Origin: Styela clava
Taxonomy: Eukaryota
NCBI RefSeq assembly: GCF_964204865.1
Contig: NC_135263.1
Span: forward strand, 11,408,001 to 11,472,000
Length of the DNA stretch: 64,000 nt
Direction: 5' to 3'
The position numbers were made by a program, and so were the translations under genes. Below the pieces are notes generated by a model. The model saw only the letters and a list, made by a program, of their open reading frames with translations. It was not told the origin of the DNA and made no database searches. Below are positions 13,991-27,933 of this stretch, in pieces (positions within the stretch are counted from its first letter, which is position 1; each line of letters starts with the position of its first letter).

Positions 13991-14789
13991 GGCTACACGC
14001 TAAACATCAGCGCTGAACTCGGCGCCAGGGCTTTCTGTCGGGCTTAAAGATAATAATTATTGAACACAAATTTTTATATCGTGACTTCGCGCAAGATGTG
14101 TTCCAGCTTTCCAATATCTTGCTGAGAGATTTACCGTTTACTTATTGGCAATGATAAGTTGGGGATCTTTAACTATTCGATATCATGCGGGCCAGTTCAT
14201 CTAAAACAGACGTTCTTGATGTACCAAATTAATTTCAGGAAAGGTCATATAGAATATAAATTTGGAAACAACAACGAAGCGTGATTTTCGGGAAGAGTTT
14301 GCGCAGAATCCACAGATCCAATTGAGTTGGAACATTGTGTTTGATAATATAACAAATTAGGCTTGGTACTTCTTTTCGGGTACTGATTAATCTATTCATT
14401 TCAGTGTTGTTGGACTTTAAAAATTCTAGGGATTTGCGCATAAACATTATATTTTGACGTACATTTTGCCTTAAAATTCATACATGTCGGGGGGAGTCGT
14501 GAACAATCGTCTTATTTTATAGATCGATTGATCACGTTTGATTTATTACGTGACAAAAGCGTTGTTGTCCAACAGATAATAATATTGAACATTTATTATT
14601 TATTAAAGATACTACAAACTTTAAAGTACCCTGAATAACCGAAGCAAAAATTATGCATTATATATAGTGTATTTCCAAATACATAAATAATAAAATGACA
14701 TTCTAAACTTTTATTCAAAAAAGCAAGATCGGGAAGGTTTGATTCGTTTATGTAACATTGTGTTCTGTCGGTCGATACTCTTCACTTTA

Positions 14790-16007
14790 CTAAACTTCCC
14801 GAACAAAATCTCCAGCTGAAAAAAAATAGAATATCTTCAATGGTAATGACGGTTACAATGGTAAAAAATTGATTTTGAACACAATACTGACCTACGAATC
14901 CTTTTTTTAAATTATTTTCGTTGTTGTAGTTAGGTTAAAAAAATGACTACTGAACCAATTAATCAAAATTATGGCAGTTAATAGGAAAGATAAAACTGTG
15001 GTGTTGTACAAAGTATTGTTAAAGTTTAAATCAGTAACATGCGATAGTTTCAAAATAAAAAATAAAAAAATATATCAAAGTTCCGGGGTGTGCCGAATAT
15101 TTCTAATTACAAATCTTTCAGTAAAGCCTATTTTTAAATTACTTACCATGTTGGGGAAGTCCATTTTCCTGTTTCTCTTCTTTTTCCTCGAACAGATGTT
15201 GATCGTCATTCTCTTCATTGAAGTTGTCTTCTATTGCGTCATTCTGTTTTAGAAAAATATATTTATTGAACATGTCGTCCGGAATGCAGCACTTGGTAGT
15301 TTTTGATGACCACTCTCCATGCAACTGGCCCTCACTTTTCACTCGTTATTTCAAGACAAATCAATTATATCAATGCTTCAAAAGTAGGATTAATGGAATT
15401 TTCTCAATTAAACATCGATATATGTGAATAGTTCTGCTGTAAAAATGAAACTTGACTGTTTATTTGCTTTTGTATATTTATAACTTAATTCACTCTCCCA
15501 AAACTTCTTTGTGTTTAAGTATTGAATTAATAATACCTCACTAAACTTACCATGTTGTCAGAAAACAAGTCATCATCAACTAAATCGTCATCTCCATAAT
15601 GATAGGCAATATGTCTGCAAAATAAAAATAATATAATCAATGAACACTATATTATATCAACAGCAAAAGTTTTATCTTAGGTAAGTGTTAAAACTTTCAT
15701 TAGTTACCACATACCTGTGCCTGGCATGTTGTGACAACAACTGTCTCCCGATTCCGGTCACGTAGCCACCATATCTAACAGCTTTCACTCCAACACCATG
15801 TACGTACGACACTAGAGCTTTATAGTTGGCTAGAACGACTCGGTATTTTGATTGCAACGCTCGGTACAATCTCAGAGTATTCAAATGATGAGATTTGTAC
15901 GCGTTGTAATAACGTCTACTTCTCCTCCGTCTCCTAGACCAGGATTCTCCAGATTCAAAAGCAAGAATTGCCACCAAACCCAACACAAGCAACAATTTTT
16001 TCTGCAT
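14790..16007 (-). CDS. Cluster gene 4: secreted cationic His/Tyr-rich prepropeptide (159 aa), no Cys
   Basis: Exons 16007-15715, 15614-15551, 15243-15147, 14815-14790 (phases 2,0,1; 480 nt open). MQKKLLLVLGLVAILAFESGES WSRRRRRSRRYYNAYKSHH...HARHR HIAYHY-G-DDDLVDDDLFSDNM NDAIEDNF...LPQH AGDFVREV*. The true start is the ATG at 16007, not the TTG used in the ORF track. Confidence 0.9.
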
Positions 16008-16515
16008 TTTCACTGAAAGCAAAAATCAAAAAATATTGTATTATTCTGGTAGAGATATGATCAGGTAAAGCTGTGATTACGGTGATTCGATTTGCCGAAC
16101 AATGCTTTGCTGTACCGTGCATGTTCACCATGTATGTTCTGTCTAAGATTAGTAAATATCATGGATTATCAACGAAAACCTTCAACACAAAAAATAGCAT
16201 CATTACCCACTTAAAATAGGAAAAATTGGTCTACGGCGTCTTCGGTATGAAAATTTAGAAGTGGCCAAAAATGCGCAAAAATGTGGAAATATTTGGTGAT
16301 AATTTCAATAATACAAATAATAATAATAATACAATAATACAATAATTCAACAATACAAATTCAATAATACAGAGTTTTTATAAACCATTGGTAAAAATAG
16401 TAAGATGGTTTTTGGATCGGCATCGGCAATGGTAAAATTTATTTCGTTTTAAAATTGAAATTGAGCGAGTCGCTGTAGGTTTGATGCAACTCTGTATTCT
16501 CACCCTCTACTCACC

Positions 16516-16523
16516 TATTTATA
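16516..16523 (-). promoter_or_regulatory. Putative TATA box of gene 4
   Basis: TATAAATAGG about 510 nt upstream of the ATG, the same 10-mer as at gene 5. First-exon donor not resolved. Confidence 0.4.
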
Positions 16524-17041
16524 AATTCAGGAAGTTTTGAAGGAATCTTTGACACCTTTCAGTCGTTCCACAAAATATCCTATTTTCTGGCAGCTATTTA
16601 TTCATATTCACTTGTTTTCATAAAAAAAATCAAGTGGAAAAAACATTTCCGTTCAAATGTCGACCCCCTGCTTGTTTGGATTTTGAACCCAATAAGGGAA
16701 TTCCGTTTTTATTCGCCGGTATATTGGCAGTTATGGAGAGGTCAAAATGATAGTCAAAACATGAACGTAATCCAATTCAGAAACCATTTCCTGACAGCAG
16801 GTGACAAAAATGTGCAATTTTTGCAAAAAATATTCGCTCAAAAATTCAAAAATGATATATATGGATTTTATTCATTAAGCTAGATTAGTTACAGAAATGA
16901 ACAAGAGAGATGGCCGATCTGCATCATTGCGGCATCCCCGTTGTCTGACATTGCGAAATTGCTCTCTGGGACAGTGTTTTGAAATTTTCATTTTAGTTTG
17001 AACCAAATTAGAGACACCAATGTTTTCATGTTCATCTATGC

Positions 17042-17882
17042 CAGTGGTTCTTAACCTTTGTGAGCCTGCCGAACCCCTGCGCTATTCTGCAATCTCCCGC
17101 CGAACCCCATCGTACTGAACGGTTGAAATTAGAAGCCAAACCGTAACGTTATAAAGCGGAAGCTAATTCTTGCAAGGTTATAGAATATGAACATTGTGAT
17201 GAAACCTTAGATATCAATAACCATGTGGGAATAACCATTGTTTTGTCACAATGGCGTTGGCGGCAGAAAGAGCAGATGGTTTTTGTTGTATAAGTTTTGC
17301 TGGTGAACCGGCGAAAACTGATAAAAAATAACTTTGAAAATCCGAAAGATGATAATATACTCCATAAACGTTGGTAGTTCAAGCAATTTGTTCTCAAACT
17401 TTAAACTGCGCTGAAATGCGAATAAAATCGTTTGCCAATAGTTTTATTTTACAGAAATAGAGATAGGATTAATTCGGCGCCATATCGAGGTTGTCCTGAA
17501 TGGATCATAATAATTTCGGATAAAGCTCTGCGATAAACTACTCCTTGTCGCAAATTTATCACCTAGTGAAATTCAAACACGCTCTGATTTTGCATTCATT
17601 CATGTACAATTACTGCCTATCTTCGATTTATCCGTAAAATTGAGTTAATTTTTATTAGTACGGTGGAATATGAATAAGGGTAACACCAATTAATTGTTTC
17701 ATTCAATTGTTCAAGTCATTAGTAATTAGTCATCATGAACTATAGTTATTTTTGCATAATTAGTATGCAGGGTGATAAAAAAGTCTCATAATATGCAACT
17801 GTTTCAGAGCACCTTCGTCGCACCTCTGGAACAGCTCCACCGAACCCCAGGGGTTCGATCGAACCCAGTTTAAGAACCACTG
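17042..17882. mobile_element. hAT-type non-autonomous element
   Basis: TIRs CAGTGGTTCTTAA / TTAAGAACCACTG; 8-bp TSD ATCTATGC. Confidence 0.9.
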
Positions 17883-19955
17883 ATCTATGCAATCAAACGT
17901 GGGCCATTGTATACAACAGCACAAAAACATGTCTTAACGACGGCTCACCTTTAGCAGCAGCATGGATTATGTTTACATGAGTTACAAATTGTTTTAGAGA
18001 AAAACGTTGTTTTAACATTTGCCTAAATTTACAAAATGCAAACTTATTTTCCTGCCGCGTACGATTTTATAAAGCATGATACGATAATTTTATGAAAGTA
18101 TTTTTAATATTCTGATTAGTTTGATTGTTTCTAAAATGAATGTTGATTAAATGAGCATGATATATTTGTATAGATGTTAATAACTTTTCATTATAAGCAA
18201 ATTGCTTCCTCGCTGTTTTGCAAAATGATATCACGCAAACCTATTTGCATTCAGTTGATGCGTGGCTGATCTTTGTTGTCTACAGTAATGGTAAAGTGGG
18301 ATACGTTTGTCGAAAACGCGTAGGAAACTGGAAAGTAGAAAACTGCATATCTATTTATGTTACCATCATTGGCCTTCTCAAAATACCGTTTTCATACCCC
18401 AAAGACGCAAACAAATGCACTCAGACCCTGTTGGTGTAACCCCGATATTTTATGAGTTATTATGCCATTAGTACCGATTTAAATGGTATTTTATGGGCTA
18501 CTCGAGGCTATCAAGCTCTATTGTTTTTTTTCGTTCCTCTGACATGTATATTTGGGCTTGGCTTATTTGCTTATTAGATTCGTTGTATAGAGTTAATGGC
18601 AGAGAGATGTCGCAAATATTGCACATTGTAACGTCCGGTTTTAAAAAAGTTTCAAGTCAGTTAATTTTTAGAGAAGTCCGGCATGATCGGCTTTGGGTCC
18701 GTGTTGCCTCTTGCATAACTCGTGAATAAAATAGGCAAATCAAAAAGAGGACATGCACCAGGAATCATAACATCCTATTACGCACACCATCTATGTATAC
18801 AAAATATCTATTAGAGTCTACCCACTCAGGATAGCCCACATGAGCAGGATGTTATCACGCATATATCTACATCCTGTTGTTGCAAAATCCAAAATACCAT
18901 ATACATGATTATATGCGCAATTATTTCTTCTATGATTTATTATTATGACCGACACAATAACCACGTATGTGACGCTCATATGTGGGTCAATGGTTCTTGC
19001 GAGATTCACCATGTGGCTAATCTTTTTTTTTTGTATGTGTTCAGTCTAACCATATTATGCAAGGGCATTATCAGGGTTTTGCAAAAATTGAAAATCGCCC
19101 CATATTTGCCTTATGACTGATGTTCACAGCCCGAGTAAGAAATCTTCTACATTTCAAATAATATATAATACTTTGCGAAATTATTTTTATATCAAGATTA
19201 TAGAGACTTCAGATACTGACAATAATCTGATAAAAACATGGAGCCAGTCTGAGAACGGGAGCGTTTATCTGGTACAACTGGTGTTGTACGAAATGACACT
19301 TTATGACGTCACAGAGTTATCGTTATATTGCTTTCATTTTGTAAGAATAGAAGTCATTGCCTTGATTTCATTGTTGCTCATGATTGCATTTTTCTTGGTT
19401 TTAACCTGTTGTAAGCCATTTGTCTCTATCGGGCTACCAGACTAGACTTTGACGTTTGATCTTGGCGACTGAGTAATCCAGCATACACGACAGAATGGTT
19501 GACGGCCTAAGGCTCAATCAAGAGACTTTGGACGCCAAAAGTGTATACACTGTAATACGTGAATCGGTGTCACAAAACAATAATCTTCAGTCGAAATTAA
19601 AAGAATGACCTTAGTTCGTGGTTGGTGCAACAGTAATCGACATACATGCCACAACAGTTTTGAGAGACCACGAAAATATTCTAATTTTGGAAACTACCAA
19701 TTTTAAGCAACTCATATCATTTAATTAATATCATTTACAAACACTTCAAATTTGGCCGCTCTATTTATCCCTGACCAATAGTAACATCACAAATATATTC
19801 AACAACTTAGAAGCGTATTTATTCCATCATTATTATACATATCATGATTAAATTAATTAAAATGTTTCTGTTTATGATAAAACTGAATATTCTTTAACTG
19901 CAGTGCAACAATTAATATATAAGCACTATTTTTCTTTAGTTAGATTCTGGGAAAT

Positions 19956-20855
19956 TTATTCTTCCAAATTCTTCACAATTTGATCAACTTGATCGGCATC
20001 TTCAGCTTAAAATAAAATGAGCAAAATGAATTATTTTTACATAAAAAAAAATAATAAAAATTGGAATAGAAATTATTTATTTTCCTTGTACGTCCTTTAT
20101 AGTACATACCTTCAATGTCATCAATATATTCAGGGAGAGCTGCCACAAGAGAATTCAAATCCATGTTCTACAAAGATAATGTGAGAGTAAATTTCCAATT
20201 ATAGAAGTTCGAGTATTTATTGGCATGATTATTTTAGGTAAAAGTCTATTTGTAAATCTAATGTGATGTCGTTTCAAAATTTACAAAAATCGTGTACAAT
20301 TTTTTGCTATATAAATTTATAAAGCAATATGCAGAAGCTAAGCTGATACCTTATTTAGCAGCATATCTTCATCTTCAAAAGCAGTGCGTCTGAAAATATC
20401 AGTCAATGAATTAATTTGAACACGATATTTGTGCCGGTAGTTACCAGTTAGGCACACTTTCTTGAGCCCTGTCGATCGCAAAGGCCCCACACGGTGTCGC
20501 AATTGTCGAAATGAGCTAAATATAGTACTGAACAGATGGTCCAGGGATCCACGCAAAGTTATTCTTATTGGCATCTTATGGAAAATATTCTCATCGACTA
20601 TTCCATTAAATACCAGTCAACCAACCTTTGTTTGGAAGGCAGAAGATGAGTTTGTTGGTTAAGTTTTTTCAGTGATCTCATCAATGAGTGGTATTCTTTC
20701 TTTATACGGTTGCGTTTCTTCAACAACGCCATATATCTTTGCCGCTCGTTTTTTGTAAGTCGGACTTGACCCTGGTGAATTGAATTACTCACGCTTGCTT
20801 TACTCGCAACAACGGCAAAGATGACAACAAGGGCAAGGGCAATCACAAACTTCAT
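19956..20855 (-). CDS. Cluster gene 5: highly diverged member (125 aa): signal, Lys/Arg-rich helix, acidic tail
   Basis: Exons 20855-20626, 20389-20350, 20167-20110, 20005-19956 (phases 2,0,1; 378 nt open). MKFVIALALVVIFAVVASKA...RLTKNERQRYMALLKKRNRIKKEYHSLMRSLKKL...KQR RTAFEDEDMLLNK NMDLNSLVAALPEYIDDIE AEDADQVDQIVKNLEE*. Last-exon context ttttaag|CTGAAGA is the same as in gene 8. Confidence 0.82.
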
Positions 20856-21583
20856 CTTCTGTCAACAAGATATGCTTGTTTAAATTTAGTTTAATCCGAC
20901 TTGAATAAAGTATATGTCATACAAATGTATGGCTGATATTATACTTTGAGTTCTCAACTTTTTAATACACCAATGGATGACACAAAAAACTGCATACCTT
21001 ACCACCATTTAAGCTGGCCAAGAATCTTAAAATTTGATTTTTTTCTGAATTGATAAAATACATGCTATTCTATTCTGGATTACAATATGAATAATTGTCC
21101 GTTTTTGGTTGCATGTGATTTCATGGATGCCAAAAATATCTAACAAACCTAATTAACAGGCATTTTATTGGCAAATCTACAAATAAACAATCATGTACAT
21201 TATGGTGTAAGAGAATTCAGATTTAAATGAGAAATGGAATTTATTTCGGCATAAATTGCATTTCTTTTTTCTCTGAAACTTTTTAGAAAGAAAAGAATCA
21301 CTATGAATTTAATATAAAAACAAGTATTTTGCTGAATTCCATTGAATTAGGAGTAGTTAAGAAGTTTTTTTGTTAACGTTTCGTGGACAATGGTCTACCA
21401 AAAAGCCCAAGATTTACGAAACAGAATGGCAGCATTTTATAAAGAGATGAGCGAGCTAATGTTTCATTAGGAATTCTCAATTTAATATTTGGGGATATAG
21501 GAATTGTTTAACTAACCTAATTTAGAGTCAATTGATTAAATTACAACTTCTAAACAACGTAGTTTTTCGTTTCTTTCACTTAC

Positions 21584-21674
21584 CCTTTCTACTATTGCAA
21601 CAAAATGTTTTTTCAGTCTTTCTGTCCGTAACTTTTCCAAGTAGAAATTAACCACCGGTCCGATCCTATTTATA
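21584..21674 (-). promoter_or_regulatory. Putative TATA box and non-coding first exon of gene 5
   Basis: TATAAATA at 21674-21667; donor AGG|GTAAGT at 21583; acceptor gacag 3 nt before the ATG (20859). Confidence 0.6.
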
Positions 21675-22415
21675 GCTGATATGGGTTTTTTATAAAAGTC
21701 ACGGGACATTGAGATATTTTAAAACAATCTGTCTTTTGTGATTGAAAAATTTTTAATTCATACTTCCAGTGTCGTTTGATGGTCAAGCCATTCATAACTA
21801 TTCAAAATAAAAACAGGCTTTCAACATATGATTCTATACCTGAATAAACGTTGCGGTTTAAAATTCACGCATCTCCAAACATAGGAAGGACAGGCAGGTG
21901 ATGTCGAAATGATTATCTACTCATTTTATTTAATATGGCATCAAGCATACGTTGTGTAAACCGATCTGTATCGTTTTGCCTTTTGGCTTTTATTGTTATT
22001 ACCAATCCACAACGAAACAAAATAGAGTTGAATAAAGCATAAACTTATTACCAGGATCAGAAATAATACCAAAATTTTTATAAAGTTTGGCGATCCAACA
22101 CCGTAACGCAGATTTTCTCTAATGGCAAAGTAATTAACCAGATATGTACCAATGAGATTTTGCTTCTCCCATTTGAAAGTAGCAAACAATTTTGCCTGAA
22201 TGAATTTTTCTACATGAAATTAAAACGCAGGATTCAAGAGTCGTTTATTGGCAAAGTTACCCTATTAGCCCACGCAATTCACACATTCACAAATGTCAAA
22301 CTTTGTATAAAAGATGTACGAAAGTATTTGCAAAATATTTTTTATTTGCATAAAAAAATATTTGATTATATTATTGACGTTCCTAAAAATCGATAGAATA
22401 TTCTACACTCTACAC

Positions 22416-22911
22416 CAGGGGTGTGCAACCTTTATTACAACAGGGCCAGATACAAGTAACTGGGTGAAGCCGCGGGCCGCACCTTTATTTAAGACAGCTA
22501 TTCTCGCAGACACAAAAAAGTTGTTCATTTTTGTTATTGATCTTACATCATTGTTAAGGGTCCTTGCAGAAATGGTGAGGTAAAACGCATAAATTTCCAA
22601 AGAAAACTGCTATTCAAATTTATTGGCACAAAAACTTTAAACGAATTCAGTGCGAAACACTTTTTTATAACATTGCGTATATTGCAACAGGATTTCGCTA
22701 GCCAGTTTTGCTAATATAACAGTGGCACTCAGGTACTGGTATAAGGTTTGTGACGAGAAGAGATTGGAATTGCTCGCACGTACGCATGCGTTACATATAC
22801 TAAAATCTTGTTTCGCGGGCACACCATTCTAAGTTGGCACTTCTACGCGGGCCACGCAATTTTTTCTTGTGTGCCGCATTTGGCCCGCGGGCCGCAGTTT
22901 GCACACCCCTG
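22416..22911. mobile_element. hAT-type MITE
   Basis: TIRs CAGGGGTGTGCAA / TTGCACACCCCTG; 8-bp TSD CTCTACAC. Confidence 0.92.
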
Positions 22912-23073
22912 CTCTACACCGTAAATGAAAAGCTTTATTATTTTATACTGATAGACCACCAAAGATAACAGATGTGACACTCGCACAATAATTTTATATT
23001 CGATCAATTTTTGTTTTGAGGTATTGATTAATGGGCGCTCCCGTAGTATGTGAACCAAGATGGCAAACAGCGT

Positions 23074-23207
23074 AACGTAGTATGTGTGACATGTTAGGGT
23101 TAGGCCATTATTTTGTTCCAATTTTTCTCATTTTAGTTCTATTACGATTTCGGGGACTCCCTTACTGAAAGTATGGCCTAACCATAACCTGGTACACATA
23201 CTACGTT
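23074..23207. repeat. Short inverted-repeat (MITE-like) element
   Basis: aacgtagtatgtgtgacatgttagggttaggccat pairs with atggcctaaccataacctggtacacatactacgtt (about 35-bp arms). Confidence 0.6.
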
Positions 23208-25095
23208 CCGGTGATTTGATGTAAAAAATATGGCAAATATAGGCACACGAGTCAAATTACTTACCGCAGTACTGCCTTAATAAATAATATAATAGCAAAA
23301 AACGATCTATATGTAAACTCCATTCCTAATTATAACAGAAAAATTGATTTTGCAAAGTGTGTCACGCGTCCGTAAGGCTTTAGAAATAAGCCACTCATAT
23401 GCAGAAAATTTCAATTTTCAAAGGCATTTTTATAACCGTTTCGTGATAGTCCACCAAATTTTTTGAGCCTAATCCGAGTAAATTAATCTTACATATTTAC
23501 CATTCTCGGCGTATCGGGTTACTCAGAACGGAGCACTGGTACCTTTAGTTTTTGATGACATGATGATATCCCAGTAATTCTTACCTTTGTCGTTGTCGGA
23601 ATAGTACTAAAGTTGGCCTGACTGCCAGAGACGGCATATTAAAAAATTAAGTAATTGCCATACATATAGCTGAGCAAAGATTTTGTGAGAATTTTAGCAG
23701 TGCAGTATTGTTAAGAACAGATCACAACGCAGTTACTTGCGTAAAAGCGAGTTTCTATATCTACAAATGCAACACATCTAAAATAGGAATCAAAGTCCAG
23801 TTTCGATTTTTAGAGAGATATCAACCCTTTCTTTGGGTGTAGAGAAATCTTTGGTACAATGGATTGAATTACCGTGAAAAGTCGATATACTTTACATGAC
23901 ACAATAAATTGAAAACCACTTGATCAAACATACAATTTAAATTAGTAAGTTGTTTATTACGACAAGATATTAAATTCATTGAGAATGAATTGTTTCCCTT
24001 TTGCCATTTGTGGATTCTCATACCGAGTACCAGATCCCATTACCCATTGCAACGTACATGGGTTTATATCATATGACTATTGGTTCCAATTCCTGCAATT
24101 GAAGCTAATAAAATATATTATATTCAATTTTACACACCATTAGAATATGCAATACAAAGAGCGATTCCCCCGTTAGAAGCATAGGATTCAATCTTTTATC
24201 GGAGAGTATAATTACAAAACTTTCGTTCATATTTCCATACAGGAAAATAATTCGGATTTAATTTATACGCAACGGGATAACTTTTTCTGTGGATATCAGT
24301 TGTCGAGGAGTCAATTTGTGCAGTTTATTTTCACCTATGAAAAACCGAAAAATGAATTCCAAACAACAGTGAATTTATTTATTCAATTCTGCATTCACAA
24401 TTGATTATATATAAAAGTATGACAATACGAAGACAATTTTTTAGCTAACCAAAGTTGGTCTGTTTTTATATGGTTATATTTGAAATTAAAATTCAGTCAA
24501 ACAAGTATTATTCGAAGCCGTGCCTCTGTATCGTTAAAATGTCAATAAACTTAATGTAGGCCTATATTATCTTATAATTCCATTAATCCAATCTACATAT
24601 TAAAATTATTCAGGACATCCTGAGAGGTTTATCTCATTTGTGGGTGGAAAAACAATAACTAACAAATCTTTATTTTGTTTTAATGTAGCTTTGCAAAAAA
24701 TAAGCATGTTTAAAATAACACCTGCCGGGGAAATAAAATTTAAAGTCGAGCAAACCTTCATCGAGAACACAACTAAGTTTCTCTAAAGTGGGTTACTAAT
24801 TGTAGACTTGATAAATGGTTCGGAATGTAATTTGGTTATTTTTCGTCAAATTTACGGACTAAAATGTGCAAAAATTGAATATTTTTTAACCAAAGTAAAA
24901 TACTTATGCCGAATATTCTCATATTGCCTCATTGATGTTTTCTTTTTGGGTTTTGAGTAGGTACTTATGAGTCTTTCAATAAAATGCTATAAAAACTCAA
25001 ATGGAATTTTTTTTATTTTTTAACGGATTTTAGCTGTGCTGATATCACCGCTATAAAATAATTTCCATAATTTCGATTCAGTTCGATCAATAAGG

Positions 25096-26609
25096 ATGAA
25101 AGTGAGATTCTTGATTCTTTTGGCACTTGTGGCGATCCTCGCCTTTGACGGTGGAGATTCTTGGAGTAGACGTAGAAGAAGAAGAAGACGTTGTCCCCCT
25201 ACATATACATCACAGTACCGCTCAGTGCGGAAACTTTATACTGCTTTGTATACACGCCATGTTAGTGTATTGGGTAAATACAAAGGTTTGCTTGCATTCG
25301 TCCTTCGAGAGGGTAGAAATGCAAAGAGATACGGCTACCAGATGAAAGCTCTTGGACAAAAAATGATTGCTAAGTTCTACAGCTACAGGTGGAACAAATT
25401 TGACATCTTACTTCATTATTTGATGCTAAAATACATATAACAATACTTTTCTTACAACCATATCGCATGGTATTTTTGTAGCAATCATAAACAATGAAAC
25501 AAAGCTAATTCACTCCAGCTGTGTTAATATTGAAATCTTCCGAGCTGTGTCATTTTTATGATCCTATAGAATTACAATAAAAAAATGGCTAATTGCTATA
25601 GTTTGTAAGAAAGTCACTGTATATAGTGATGAACAAGAAGGCAATGCTCAAATATATGGACATGAAAGCCGAAACGAAGTAGTAGCGTAACCACCACCAT
25701 ATGATTGAGATGTTATCACGGAACCACAGCACTCAATTTTTATTTCACGTTTTAATTTCACGTTCATATAATCAAGTTTACTTTCTAAGCGTTTTTGTTT
25801 TCGGTGTATTTCTATGTGACTTTCGATTTTCTTTATAAATATTCTCTTATTCTTTTTACGATTATTTATTACATTTCAGGAAATATGCTTATGGGGATAT
25901 GGAATTTGAGGACGAACCTTTTATAGACGAGGTAGCAGCGAGTAATATGTTGAGTTTTATACTTTGTAGGATCTGAAGTTTAAATTAGCTAATTCCATTT
26001 ACCAATTGCTATATTTATATTTATCAAGTGTCTTCCCAATCATTATTACTGATTATTTTATCCAAATCTTTGGAAACCCAAATATTTAATATATTTCTAT
26101 TCGGTAATCTTCTATTACAAAAAGTTAAAATCCTACAAAGATGTTATATAAAAAAATACTAATACGTTTGTTTTTCCTCACTCAGAGCCATGATTTCGAC
26201 GATGATAATATCAGTGAACAAGTCAACGATGATCAGGACATGTTTCAGGATTCAGAAGATTTTTCTGAAAACGAGGACGAAGAAGAAGTCAAGCAACTAC
26301 CCGATGAAGGTAACAAACCAAATGAATATATAAAAATACAACCATCTTGAATTTTTTTTATCCTAATGAGACACTAAACTTTGCTGTCGATCGATCGTAA
26401 CAATTTGTACTACAAACGTTATGAGATGAGTGAAGAATTTAAACAAATATTAAATTGCACAATTCAATCTCAAATCCGATCGCGGAGTGCGCCCGGTCCT
26501 AACAAAATCATAAAATTATGATAAACAGGACCAATTAAATGACAATTTCTTTTTATATTAAGTGCAAGACACCGATTCAAACGTGATAGAATCTCATAAA
26601 AAAGAATAA
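25096..26609 (+). CDS. Cluster gene 6: secreted cationic Tyr/Arg/Lys-rich prepropeptide (171 aa)
   Basis: Exons 25096-25388, 25880-25931, 26186-26309, 26563-26609 (phases 2,0,1; 516 nt open). MKVRFLILLALVAILAFDGGDS WSRRRRRRRRCPPTYTSQY...FYSYR KYAY-G-DMEFEDEPFIDE SHDFDDD...LPDE VQDTDSNVIESHKKE*. Confidence 0.88.
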
Positions 26610-27054
26610 GAAGAGTCAAGGGGACGGACACAAGGAATTCGAAGTTGAATTTACCTTGAACAACATTTTTCTTTTGTTTTTTTGGATGAAGGACATTGGA
26701 AATTAATTTTTCAATATTAAAATGATGTAGCTGCAATTTTGTTTGATTTTTATTGTGTAGTTTGTAATTGAGTTATTCAGAGATTCAAGACGAAGAAAAA
26801 TCACACATTTCCAGCAAAATTTCAATATAACTTATTTCCGCGTCTTTATGAGATCTCTATTCAGAAGTAGCCTATAGTTGCATTTCTAGTTGTGAGGGTC
26901 AAAATTTCGTAAAACTTTCAAGACTTGTTCAGCATTATTTATTTTCGTGATGTAACGCTTTGTAACATTGCGAGATCCCCGATTTTCAACCAAATATAAA
27001 CGACTTGGGACGCGTCACATTTATGACCGTACTACATCCCTAAAATCCTCATCT

Positions 27055-27933
27055 TGTTAACAGCTCTACGAAAGTAAATACGGTGGCACGATAAGAGTTA
27101 GGCAGAAACATAGGTGTAACTAAAATTTAATGCTAAATCTGAATTGGAAAACGGAGAGTGGGTTGCTCGGCGTTAGGTATTCCATCTGGCGGATGCGCGT
27201 TTTAAATCAATGGATGAGTCAAGCAAGGTGTCAGATTTAGGCACACAGATGTTCCATGTCATACGCGTTTATTGTAAAACGGTTGACTGTAAATAAAGTG
27301 AAATAATCAATAATTAATCACAAGATGAAGGCAGAACAAAAATGCATAACCAGAAAGTTAATAGAAAATAAACTTACATATGATAACGCTCCAAAGGCCT
27401 AAATCGACAAGAAACTGACAGGTAACGTGAACGATCACGTTATTAGAATATAATAGCAACTAAATTTAGAAAGCAGTTATGAAATGAAAGCAGAATGAAA
27501 TATAAAAATACATGAACAATTAAAGCAATAATTGACGACGATGGTCATATGGGTCCCCGGTTACGATACCCTCACCACAGTTCTACTACCTAACGAGACC
27601 AAATGCCACCCACACTCTAAGTCAGTAAAGCGGATATTGCGAAACCACACCACTGACACCATAACAAGATTAAACAAGAACGTCCTACGACGCGTAAAGT
27701 CGAGATGCAAGAGCCACGCGTGACACGTCAGGTGCAGTAAAGCCCGCGAAATTCGCGTCAAAACCGAAAAGCAATTATCGATAAAAATTAGCCGGTCGGA
27801 ACACAAGGAAGAACAGCGTTCAAAATAATAATCAACTGAAAAGAAACTTTTATCGCCGACACAAGGTCAATTCAGTAAGCAATATAAAATAAGTAAACAA
27901 AATCAAAATTGAGAATATTACTGCACATTAACA
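27055..27933. mobile_element. Possible solo LTR (879 bp)
   Basis: TGTTAA...TTAACA termini; flanks TCATCT / TTATCT (6 bp, 1 mismatch); AATAAA on the minus strand near 27270. Confidence 0.5.
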
